NCBI RefSeq assembly: GCF_036365525.1
Contig: NC_090404.1
Location: 18,545,134 to 18,609,133 of the forward strand
Direction: 5' to 3'
Length of the DNA stretch: 64,000 nucleotides
DNA from: Heterodontus francisci
Taxonomy: Eukaryota
Positions 25,127-35,869 of the stretch are shown here, piece by piece. The notes under the pieces are model-generated. The model did no database searches. It saw only the letters and a program-made list of their open reading frames with translations, and had not been told where the DNA came from. A program made the position numbers and the translations under genes. The stretch's first letter is position 1. Each line of letters opens with the position of its first letter.

Positions 25127-26758
25127 CTACTTGTGAACTCGCTGGTGTGTCAGAAGTCTGGAGGACCGAGGGAATCCCTTCCCGCATTCAGAGCAGGTGA
25201 ACGCCCTCTCCCTAGTGTGAACTCGCTGGTGTGTCAGCAGGGTGGATGACTGAGCGAATCCCTTCCCACAGTCTGAGCAGGAGAACGGCCTCTCCCCAGT
25301 GTGAACCCGCTCGTGTAACAACAGGTTTGATGACTGAGTGAATCCTTTCCCACACTCTGAGCAGGTGAATGGCCTCTCCCCAGTGTGAACTCGCTGGTGT
25401 GTCACAAGGCTGGAGGACCGAGGGAATCCCTTCCCGCATTCAACGCAGGTGAACGGCCTCTCGCCAGTGTGAACTCGCTGGTGTGTCAGAAGGCCAGAGG
25501 ACCGAGGGAATCCCTTCCCGCATTCAGAGCAGGTGAACGGCCTCTCCCCAGTGTGAACTCGCTGGTGCGCCAGCAGGGTGGATGAATGAGTGAATCCCTT
25601 CCCACACTCTGAGCAGGTGAACGGCCTCTCCCCAGTGTGCACTCGCTGGTGTTTCCGCAGCTCGGATGACGTTTTGAATTCCTTGTCACACACCGAACAG
25701 GTGAATGGCCTCTCCCCAGTGTGTATTCGCTGGTGTGTCAGCAGGGTGGATAACTGAGCGAATCCTTTCCCACACTCAGAGCAGGAGAATGGCCTCTCCC
25801 CAGTGTGAACTCGCTGGTGTGTCAGCAGGTGGGATGACCTAGTGAATCCTTTCCCACACTCAGAGCAGGAGAATGGCCTCGCCCCAGTGTGGACTCGCTG
25901 GTGTGCCAGCAGGTGGGATGACCGAGTGAATCCTTTCCCACACTCAGAGCAAGAGAATGGCCTCTCCCCAGTGTGAACTCGCTGGTGTGTCAGCAGGGTG
26001 GAATGCTGAGTGAATCCTTTCCCACACTCTGAGCAGGTGAACGGCCACTCCCCAGTGTGAACCCGCTGGTGTGTCAGCAGGTGGGATGACCGAGTGAATG
26101 CTTTCCCACACTCAGAGCAGGAGAAGGGCCTCTCCCCAGTGTGAACTCGCTGGTGTCTCAGCAGGTGGGATGACTGAGTGAATTCTTTCCCACACTCAGA
26201 GCAGGAGAATGGCCTCTCCCCAGTGTGAACTCGCTGGTGTGTCAGCAGGTTTGATGACTGAGTGAATCTTTTCCCACACTCAGAGCAGGTGAACGGCCTC
26301 TCCCCAGTGTGAATATGTTGGTGTACAGTGAGATCAGAGGATTGCCTGAACCCAGTCCCGCAGTGAGTGGACCTGAATGGTCCCTTGTCAGTGTGAACAC
26401 GTTGATGGGACATCAGTTCCACAGAACCTAAATAGCAATTCCCACAGTCCAGACATTTAAAATGTCTCTTGTCAGCGTGAACCCGTTGCTGTGTCAGCAG
26501 GTTGGATGATTGAGTGAATCCCTTCCCACACTCGGAGTAGGTGAACAGCCTCTCCAGGCTGCGACTACGTGAATGAGTTTCCAGCTCAACTGGATACTTC
26601 AATCCCTTCCCACAGTCCCCATATTTACATGGTTTCTTCCCAGTGTGACTACACTTGTGTTTCGACAGGCCAGATGATCGGCTAAAACCTTGGCCACACA
26701 CAGAACACGTGTACAGTTTCTCCCCACTGTGATCAGTGCTTTTTCCGAACACGTTCAA
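25127..26758 (-). CDS. ZNF-A: tandem C2H2 zinc-finger protein, 19 repeats (repeats 2, 3 and 5 degenerate); first in-frame ATG at 26413
   Basis: Uninterrupted 543-codon frame with TGERP linkers; splice acceptor ttcacAG at 26863-26862; candidate upstream exon donor GTAATG at 29258. Confidence 0.9.
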   Translation of the reverse strand: MNVFGKSTDHSGEKLYTCSVCGQGFSRSSGLSKHKCSHTGKKPCKYGDCGKGLKYPVELETHSRSRSLERLFTYSECGKGFTQSSNLLTQQRVHADKRHFKCLDCGNCYLGSVELMSHQRVHTDKGPFRSTHCGTGFRQSSDLTVHQHIHTGERPFTCSECGKRFTQSSNLLTHQRVHTGERPFSCSECGKEFTQSSHLLRHQRVHTGERPFSCSECGKAFTRSSHLLTHQRVHTGEWPFTCSECGKGFTQHSTLLTHQRVHTGERPFSCSECGKGFTRSSHLLAHQRVHTGARPFSCSECGKGFTRSSHLLTHQRVHTGERPFSCSECGKGFAQLSTLLTHQRIHTGERPFTCSVCDKEFKTSSELRKHQRVHTGERPFTCSECGKGFTHSSTLLAHQRVHTGERPFTCSECGKGFPRSSGLLTHQRVHTGERPFTCVECGKGFPRSSSLVTHQRVHTGERPFTCSECGKGFTQSSNLLLHERVHTGERPFSCSDCGKGFAQSSTLLTHQRVHTRERAFTCSECGKGFPRSSRLLTHQRVHK

Positions 26759-27277
26759 AATCCGGTGGTTTTCGGGTTACACTAAATTGGGCAACGACTT
26801 CAGATCCCGATCAGATGTTTGCTTTGCATTTCACGGCTGCAATTCCTCCCCTTCGAAAACCCTGTGAAACTGATTTAAAAACAGAAAAAAAAATTGTGAC
26901 AGAACTCACAAAAACAAAAAGGCAGTGTGTGAAATGGAGCTGAATGAATCTGGTAATTTTTGGGGGCAGTACGAGAAAAGGTGACCATGAAAGCTGCTGG
27001 ATTGATGTACAACCCAACTGGTTCATTAATGTCCTTCAGGGAAGGGAACTTACCACCCAGTCTGGACCTACACAAGACTCTGCTCTCTTTGGGAGGAAAG
27101 AGAGAGGGAGGAGGAGGGGCAGGGAGAGGAGAGGTATTTCATATATGTACAACTCGACCAGAATTTTGACAGAACCTCCCAAACCCTCAACTTCCATCAT
27201 CCAGAAGGACCAGGGTATCAGGTGTACGCAAACACCATCACCTCCAAGTTGCCCTCCAAGTCACGCAGCATCCTGAC

Positions 27278-28478
27278 TTGTCTGACATCCAGTACTGGAT
27301 GAGCAGAAATTACCTCCAATTAAATATTGGCAAGTCTGAAGCCATTGTCTTCAGTTCCTGCGACAAATTCCTCTCTCTAGTCACCAACTCTATCCCTCTC
27401 CCTGGAAACTGTCTGAGGCTAAACCGGACTGTTCATAACCTTAGCGTCATATTTGACCCCGAGATGAGATTCCGACTGCATATCGGCGCCATCACTCAGA
27501 CCGCCTATTTCCACCTCAGTAACATCACCACTGTCTCAGCTCATCTACCTCTGAAACTTACATCCATGTATTTGTTTCCTCTCAACTTGACTATTCTAAA
27601 ACACTCCTGGCCGGCCTCCCACATTCTACCCTCTGTAAACTTGAGATCATCCAAAACTCTGCAACCTGTGTCCTTACTCGAACCCAGTCCTGTTCACCCA
27701 TCACCACTGTGCTCACTGACCTACACAGGCTCCCAGTTAAGCAGCACCTCAATTTCAAAATCCTTATCCTTGCTTTCAAATCCCTCCATGCCCTCGCCCC
27801 TCACTATCTCTATAATCTCCTCCAGCCCTACAACCCTCCGAGAGATCAGGGCTCATCTAATTCTGACATCTTGAACATCCCCGCTTTTCATTCCTCCATC
27901 ACAGGTGGCCGTGACTTCAGCTGCCAAGGCCATAAGCTTTGGAAATCCCTCCCTAATCCTCTCCGCCTCACCAGGCTGCACAGTGGTTAGCACCGCAGCC
28001 TCACAGCTCCAGCGACCCAGGTTCAATTCTGGGTACTGCCTGTGTGGAGTTTGCAAGTTCTCCCTGTGTCTGCGTGGGTTTCCTCCGGGTGCTCCGGTTT
28101 CCTCCCATATGCCAAAGACTTGCAGGTTGATGGGCAATTGCTAATCACCAATTTACCTCTAGTATAGGTAGGTGGTAGGGAAATATAGGGACAGGTGGGG
28201 ATGTGGTAGGAATATGGAATTAGTGTAGGATTAGTATAAATGGGTGGTTGATGGTGGGCACAGGCTCAGTGGGCTGAAGGGCCTGTTTCAGTGCTGTATC
28301 TCTAAACTAAAAACCTTCCATGCTTCAGACACTTCTTAAAACCCATCTCTTTGATCAAGATTTTGATCATCTGCCCGAACATCTTATGTGGCTCAGTGTC
28401 AAATGTCGCTTTATAAACACTCCTGTGAAATGCTCTGGTACATTTTATTACATTAAAAGTGCTATATAAATACAAGTT
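27278..28478 (+). mobile_element. L2 LINE 3' fragment in the ZNF-A intron
   Basis: SDIQYWMSRNYLQLNIGKSEAIVF and LHRLPVKQHLNFKIL; tail gtgctatataaatacaagttg. Confidence 0.85.
27973..28312 (+). mobile_element. HE1-like V-SINE nested in L2 (only the 3' half remains in unit B, about 41085-41275)
   Basis: cagtggttagc A-box, ggttcaattc B-box, V-core and tail ctgtatctctaaactaaa. Confidence 0.88.
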
Positions 28479-29329
28479 GATGTTAACTTGGACATATATC
28501 ACCATTCCTTCATCATCACTGGGTGAAAATCCTGTAACTCCTTCCCTAACACCATTGTGGGAGCACCTTCACCACACGGACTGCAGCGGTTTAAGAAGAA
28601 GGCCCACCATCACCATCTCAATGGACAGCACGGGACTGGCAATATATGCTGGTCTGGCTAGTGACGGCCATCTCCCAAGAATGAAGTAACAACTTCTGTA
28701 TATGTAAAATGGCTTAAAAGCCTCGACAGAAATACTTGTTACTGAAACAATACTCTTTCACATTGAGTGGTTGGTGTTTATTGAGCGGCCTCCCCACCCT
28801 TGACCGTCTCACATTGGAAACTGTTGGGCCCGACTGGGCTCACAAGTTCTCGGGATTAAAGCTGCTTCTCCTCCATCTCCACTCCGGATCAAACTGATGC
28901 AACAAAAAAGACCAACACAGGAGGTCAGAGAGCAAATGCCACATCCAACACCAACTCCCAATAAACACCAGCTCTTAACTGGTCCGTCTGTGTTTCTTGA
29001 CTCAGTTCTGTGAGCAACACTTGCAATAAAATAAAACCAAAATATTGGGGATGCTGAAAATCTGAAATTAAAAGGAGGAAATGCTGGAAATGCTCAGCAG
29101 GTCAGGCAGCATCTGTGGAGAGAGAAACAGGGTTAACGTTCCAGGTGCATTGAGCCACCAGAGCCTGCAGCCTGGAACTCGGAGTGGGAGAAGGAGGAAG
29201 AATGAGGAGAGGCAACATAGTCCAACACTCACAGCAACCTCCAATCCACCGACATTACCGGGGTAGGGAGACAGAGTTTAGACACACTCAGCAACACGAC
29301 TCCAGTAAAACAGCCCAGGAGGAAAACGA

Positions 29330-29640
29330 GTCTGCGCACAAGTCTCTTGATCTCTGACATGATATGACGCAATTTCCGAGTCTATGACGGCCTTTGCCGA
29401 CCAATAGCGCGAGTGGGGCGGGACAGAACGGAGAGGCCCCGCCCCCTCGCTCACTCCGATTCCTTGGAGGACCCGTCGCCCGAGCTGGCCTCCAGCCCCG
29501 CCCCCCCCACCGCTCTTCCAATTGGTCCGGAGCTGATGTCCATCAGCCAGGCGGGCGGTGTGAGGTGAGCATGCGCGACCAGACCGGGGCGGAGGCGGAG
29601 AGGGAGGTGGTCGCGGGGGAGAGGGCGGCGGGCTTGCAGA
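29330..29640 (-). promoter_or_regulatory. CpG-island promoter of ZNF-A
   Basis: CpG-rich; CCAAT at 29401 and ccaattgg near 29517; GC boxes (ggggcggg, ccccgcccc); NRF1-like gcatgcgc near 29569; adjacent short exon with donor at 29258. Confidence 0.75.
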
Positions 29641-32046
29641 ATCACAGAATTGTTCCAGTGCAGGAGGAGGCCATTCGTCCCATTGTGTCCGTACCTGCTC
29701 TCCGAAAGAGCAATGCATTCAGTTCCATTCCCCCACCTTCTCCCCATAACCTTGCACATTCTTCCTTTCCATGCAACAGTCTATTTCCCTTTTGAATGCT
29801 TTCACTGAACCTGCCTCCACCGCACTCTCAGGCAGCACATTCCAGACCTTAACCACGAGCTACATGAAAAAGTTTTCCCTCATGTCACTTTTGCTTCTCT
29901 TCCCAAATACTGTAAATCTGTGCCCTCTGGTTCTCGATCCTTTCACCAGTGGGAAGAGTTTCTCTCTTCTACTCTGTCCAGACCCCTCATTATTTTGAAT
30001 ACCTCTATCAAATCACCTCTCAGCCTTCTCTTCTCCAAGGAAAACAGTCTTAACTTCTTCAATCTGTCTTCATAACTGAAGTTCCTAATCCTTGGAACCA
30101 TTTGTAAATGTTTTTCCGTATGCCCTCACGTCTTTCTGAAAGTGCGGCACCCAGAACTGGACGCAATAGAACAAACAAAGAACATTACAGCGCAGAAACA
30201 GGCCATTCGGCCCTCCAAGCCTGCGCCGATCTTGATGCCTGCCTAAACTAAAACCTTCACTTCCGGGGACCGTATCCCTCTATTCCCATCCTATTCATGT
30301 ATTTGTCAAGATGCCTCTTAAACGTCGCTATTGTACCTGCTTCCACCACCTCCCGTGGCAGCAAGTTCCAGGCACTCACCACCCTCTGTGTAAAGAACTT
30401 GCCTCACACATCCCCTCGAAACTTTGCCCCTCTCACCTTAAACCTATGTCCCAGAGTAACTGCCTCTTCCACCCTGGGAAAAAGCTTCTGACTATCCACT
30501 CTGTCCATGCCGCTCATAACTTTGTAAACCTCTATCATGTCGCCCCTCCACCTCCGTCGTTCCAGTGAAAACAATCCGAGTTTATCCAGCCTCTCCTCAT
30601 AGCTAATGCCCTCCAGACCAGGCAACATCCTGGTAAATCTCTTCTGTACCCTCTCCAAAGCCTCCACGTCCTTCTGGTAGTGTGGCGACCAGAATTGCAC
30701 GCAATATTCTAAGTGTGGCCTAACTAAAGTTCTGTACAGCTGCAGCATGACTTGCCAATTTTTATACTCTATGCCCCGACCGATGAAGGCAAGCATGCCG
30801 TATGCCTTCTTGACTACCTTATCCACCTGCGTTGCCACTTTCAGTGACCTGTGGACCTGTACACCCAGAGTTCTCTGCCTGTCAATACTCCTAAGGATTC
30901 TGCCATTACTGTATACTTCCCACCTGCATTAGACCTTCCAAAATGCATTACCTCACATTTGTCTGGATTAAACTCCATCTACCAAGTCTCCGCCCAAGTC
31001 TCCAACCGATCTATATTCTGCTGTGTCCTCTGACAATCCTCATCACTATCCGCAACTCCACCAACCTTTGTGTCGTCCGCAAACTTACTAATCAGACCAG
31101 CTACATTTTCCTCCAAATCATTTAAATATGCTACAAACAGCAAAGGTCCCAGCACTGATCCCTGCGGAACACCACTAGTCACATCCCTCCATTCAAGAAA
31201 GCACCCTTCCACTGCTACCCTCTGTCTTCTATGACTGAGCCAGTTCTGTATCCATCTTGCCAGCTCACCTCTGATCTCGTGTGACTTCACCTTTTGTACC
31301 AGTCTGGCATGAGGGACCTTGTCAAAGGCTTTACTTAAGTCCATATAGGTAACATCCACTGCCCTTCCTTCATCAATCATCTTCGTCACTTCCTCAAAAA
31401 ACGCAATCAAATTAGTGAGACATGACCTCCCCTTCACAAAACCATGCTGCCTCTCGCTAAGAAGCTCGTTTGTTTCCAAATGGGAGTAAATCCTGTCCCG
31501 AAGAATACCAGCTGAGGTCAAACTAGTGTCATCTACAACATCAACATAACTTCCTTGCTCTTGTCCGCTATTCCTCTGTTAATAAAGCCGAGGATGCTGT
31601 ATGCTTTATTAACTACTCTCTCAACCTATCCTAACACCGTCAATGACTTATGTACGTATACACCCAGGTCCCTCTGCTCCTGCACCCCCTTTAGAATTGT
31701 AGCCTTTATTTTTTCTGTGTCTCCATGTTCTTCCTACCAAAATGAATCACTTCTCACCTCTGCATTGACCTTCATCTGACACCTGTCGGCCCATTCCACC
31801 AACTTGTCTGTGTCCTTTTTGAGTTCTGCACTGGCCTCCTCAGTTCTCAATGCTTCCACATTTCATATCATCTGCACACTTTTAAATTGTGTCCCGTACA
31901 CCAAGGTCTAGACCATTAATATATATCAGGAAAATCAAAGGTCCCAACACTGACCCCTGGGGTTCTCCACTACAAACCTTCCTCCAGCCTGAAAAACATC
32001 TCTTCACCATTACTCTTTGTTTCCTGTCACTCAGCCAATTCCATAA
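29636..32046 (-). mobile_element. CR1 fragment with a younger nested CR1 (30167-31503)
   Basis: ORFs 30404..30838 and 30979..31521 have well-preserved RT motifs; candidate TSD aata. Confidence 0.9.
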
Positions 32047-35000
32047 TGTCACAACCAGGTGAGAAAGATGTCTAGGGGTGTCTTTCAGCCTTCACCTGAT
32101 CTTACTGTAACAGGAATTAATTTTTAAACACGGTGTGTTTTGAGCTCCCCCTTAGTGAATCCTTGTTCACTGCTTTCCAATTATAAAGCAAAGAAATGAC
32201 ACAGACAGGCCTTCTTAGGTTCAAAGAAGAAAAGTGAAAATTATTAAAATTTAAACTTAAACTCTAATTCGGTTAAGAAACTATGGATACACGTCGTGCC
32301 CCAAGTTTGCATGCATATGCAATATGCACATGCAAGTAGAGACAGAAAAGAGTGGAAGAAAAAAGTAAAGTGGAGAAGTTTGAGGCAATATCAGAAGAGT
32401 TTCCTGTTACTGTGCTTCGGGCTCATTGCAGTCCTCTTGCAGGTAGTTCTTGCTTGTAAGTAATTCTTGCTTTTGGTTGGGGCCCGGTATTCTTAAACCT
32501 TGTTCACTGTAGGAGACATTTCTCTCTTGGGGTTCCTGTGTCTTCAATGGATTCCAAAGCTGTGAGAAAGAAATGAGAGCAGAAAAGAGAGAGGTCTTTT
32601 CAGTCCAGGAGCAAACAGCTTTCTGAGTTTCGGTTCAAAACTCTGTGGCAAGTTCAAATTCCTGCCACAGCCAGTTAGTCATGTGACTAAACTGGTCTGA
32701 CCACGTCTTCTGTGTACTGGGAAGCAGGGACTGGATCCTTTGTTCCAATGCTGTCTGCTAGTATGCAGAAAAGGCCTTTCTGGCGAGGGGCCTGGCAATT
32801 CCTTGTGATAGGCCCTCTTTTCTTCCCAGCAACAATGATAAGTTTTAATGTCCATGTGGCAAAATTAATGTGTCTCATTCTTGGCAGGTGGGGGCCTGCA
32901 TGACACCTCCACACCCAGGGGAATGAAATGCAATTTGAAAAAAAAAATGGCACATTTCATTAAAATTTTGAGAGAAATATAAGATACATTTCTCTCATTC
33001 ATTTCCATTCCTTCAGCAATCTTAAAGCCTATTAGAATTGTCTTTCCTGGGTGCCGGTGTTGCTTTAATGTCCCCTTTTTTGGCATCCCAGTAACCAGGT
33101 GATTCTTTGGGGGAAGCTTTTCTTCAGTTTGACCATTGCCATGACTGCCTAAGGTTTTGTTCCTGTTGGGGTCATTTTTTTTTCCCAGGAGAGTTAGTGG
33201 TGGGTGGGTCTATCCTGAACTCGCTCTCAGTGTTTTGTTGAATCATGCAAAGCCTTTTGCCTTCAGGGGATAGGTGGTGTACTTTTCCTCTGACTGTGGG
33301 GAAGGATTCTTTGTTAATCTCCCCTCTGTTCTCTGGGACACTCCTACCTGCAGGTATGTGTGCAGACTCGACGTGCCAGGGGAGAGTGCAGTCGACTAGG
33401 TGAGGCATCACCTTCATGTATCTGTGCCCCCTAGAGGCGGGGTCTAACTTTTCAAATTTTTTGGGGTTGGCTGACCACACAGTAGGGGTTTTTATCTGGA
33501 TTCCTCCCGGACTTTCTTTAACCTACCCTCTTGGTCACGTTTTCCCCTTCTCTTTCCATACCTATGCCAGCCATGTGCCTGCTTGTCCCCTTTTGTTCTC
33601 AGCATGGATCCCATACAGTTCACCAGCCCTTGGCTGGAGGTTCCTCCTAACACCGGTACAGGACTTAGGAGGTTTCACTGTTGGTTGGGGTTTCTCCTCA
33701 AACTGGCACACGTAACAACTCCTGCAGTACTCCACCACATCTTTGTGGAGTTTTGGCCAGACAAACTACTGTCTTATGTGGGCTTTGGTCTTTCATATAC
33801 CGGCATGTTCAGCAACTGTAGTCTCATGGGCCCTTCTCAATATTTCTCCCTGGTCCCTCTGTAGCACAATGAACTGATGAACTACTGTCCACTCTTTGCC
33901 CTCAGGTCTGTGAGGAGAATTCCATTTCCTCATCAGTACCTCATTTTTAAACAGTAGCAATCAGGGACTCCCTCGGCTTCACTTTCAGACTGGGCAGCCT
34001 GTGCTAACTCTCGCAATACTGGGTCGGCTCGCTGAGCCTCACCTCGGGAAAATCCATTTAATTCATTCCCTGGGTCTCCGAACTTTCCAAAGAAAGTCTC
34101 GGACAGGCAGACCTCGAGCTCATTTGCACACAGTGCCAATGCAGTCTCCTCTGCAGGAACTGGTTTGCTCATGGCCTGATCCACTACACATTTAGGGAAA
34201 CTGCAGGGAACTGTCTCCTGCTACGGCCCTGTCTCTCTGACCTCCTGCGGTCTTTCTTTCACGTCTGGGGGACTACCACCTTCACCCCCAACAGACCGTT
34301 ACCTAGGAGCAGGTCAACCCTGTCCACAGGCAATCTAGGGACAATCCCTCCGGTCACCGATCCCGAAACTAGGTCACACTCCAAGTGCACCCGGTGTACA
34401 GGTACAGGCATACACTGACCTCCTATACCATTCACCACCATTTTGGTGTTCACTGCACGCTCTGGGGGAAAGGTCAGGCCTTTTCCCAGTAAAAGAGATC
34501 AAGTGGCCCCTGTGTCCCTAAGAAGGGATCTCGTGGTCCCAAAGAATCACTATGGGCTTGCTTGCCCCACTCAAGGGGTATGGGGTTACTTTCCCTTCAG
34601 ACACAAAACCCTGATAACCTTCAGGAATCCTATTAGCTTTTCCTGCACTGGCCGTAGTAAGCTTCCTGGGTCTGACTCTTACTGTAGTCAAAGCCACAGC
34701 TTGTTCTGCTGTGCTTTGCATCAGGTCCCTGTCTTCACTGAGCAGGTGTGCCCTGATTAAACCTATTGGTTTCCACTTTAGTTTCCAGCAGTCAGCTTTT
34801 AAATGCCCTGCTTTATTACGATGGAAGCACACAGGTCTCCAGGTCTCACTCTTGCTCACAGCAGCTTCGTTCTTGGCTGGAGGAGGACCCGCTGTGTCTC
34901 CTGCTTTCCTTTCTCTCTCAGGATTGGCTGGGCGGAGATCACCTTCCCACCCTTTGTCCTTTTTGGATTTGTGGAGGTGATTAGGAAAGGTTCTCCACTG

Positions 35001-35420
35001 GGAAACGGACTTACATATTCAAGAAAACTCATCAACCTGAACGGCTGCTTGCCGGGCTCCCTGACCCCACTGCTCCTCGACATGGGTCTTTATTGAGAGT
35101 GGGAAAGAATTTTTAAATTCCTCTAACAGAATTACTTCTCTGAGAGTCTCATAGCAGAGCTGTATTTTAAGAGCCCTCAGCCACTGGTCAAAAGCCAGCT
35201 GCTTACCTCCAGATAAGTTTGATTAGCTTGCTTTTTGAGGGTTCTAAACTTTTGGCGGTAGGCTTTGGGTACGAATTCATATGCCCGAGGATAGCATTTT
35301 TGGTCTGTTCATAACATGATGAACTCCCACCTGGCAACAAGGAATAAACCTCAAGTCCTTTTCCAGTTAGCTTGTTTTGTATTAAAAGGGACCAGGTCTC
35401 AGTTGGCCATTTTAGCTGCC
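32047..35420 (-). mobile_element. Gmr1-like Gypsy LTR element, 5'-truncated: degenerate gag + protease, no RT/IN seen, 3' LTR 32047-32905
   Basis: LTR tgtca...tgaca preceded by purine tract gggtgtggagg; gag LKWPTETWSLLIQ.KLTGK; degenerate knuckle CFHRNKAGHLKADC; protease LRDTGA near 34520 and VDLLLGN. Confidence 0.85.
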
Positions 35421-35869
35421 TTGAAGAAAGATGGCCAGAGTTATACTGCTTGTCTTGCATCAGTATGGTGCAAAAGACAGCTTCACACTGACTCAAGGTT
35501 TACAGTGTCACTGGGGCAGTAGACAGTGAACAATGAATGGAATTCAGCCAAACACCTGAGCAAACCAATAAATGGAAATTCCAGATCACTTCAGTTGCTG
35601 CAAAGTACATGATATATTCAGTTTATACAGCTCATGCTCACTGCAGGATATTCAAATGCAATAACCAGTTTGTGCAGAGTTTTCAGAAATTACTTCAGAC
35701 AAACACTGTTGTGTAAATGGAAGCAAGTTTCAAATTCCTATTGACAGACCAGTGACTTGCCAGCTACTGATCCTGCACCATTAATTTTAAACCATGTCAA
35801 ATGAGCTGTGTCAGTTCTCAAGTAGTCTCTGCTGATATCCCACGAAGGCAAAAACAAACACTCGGAATT

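Larger units (their letters stand above)
21093..35420 (+). repeat. Segmental duplication unit A
   Basis: Colinear high similarity to 35421-46445, starting at ttgaagaaagatggccagag. Confidence 0.95.

Noticed and set aside
27973-28050. tRNA gene (A and B boxes; also at 17090-17157, 11790-11870, 56380-56440)
   Set aside because: These are SINE heads continuing into SINE bodies; no complete cloverleaf is evident
26762-29330. KRAB, SCAN or BTB exon for ZNF-A
   Set aside because: No such motif seen; the intron is filled by L2, SINE and LINE pieces, and there is an in-frame TAA at 26779-26777
29278-29795. Pro/Gly-rich ORFs over the CpG island (also at 42.2-42.8 and 49.2-49.7 kb)
   Set aside because: Expected from high GC content; frames are not conserved between paralogues
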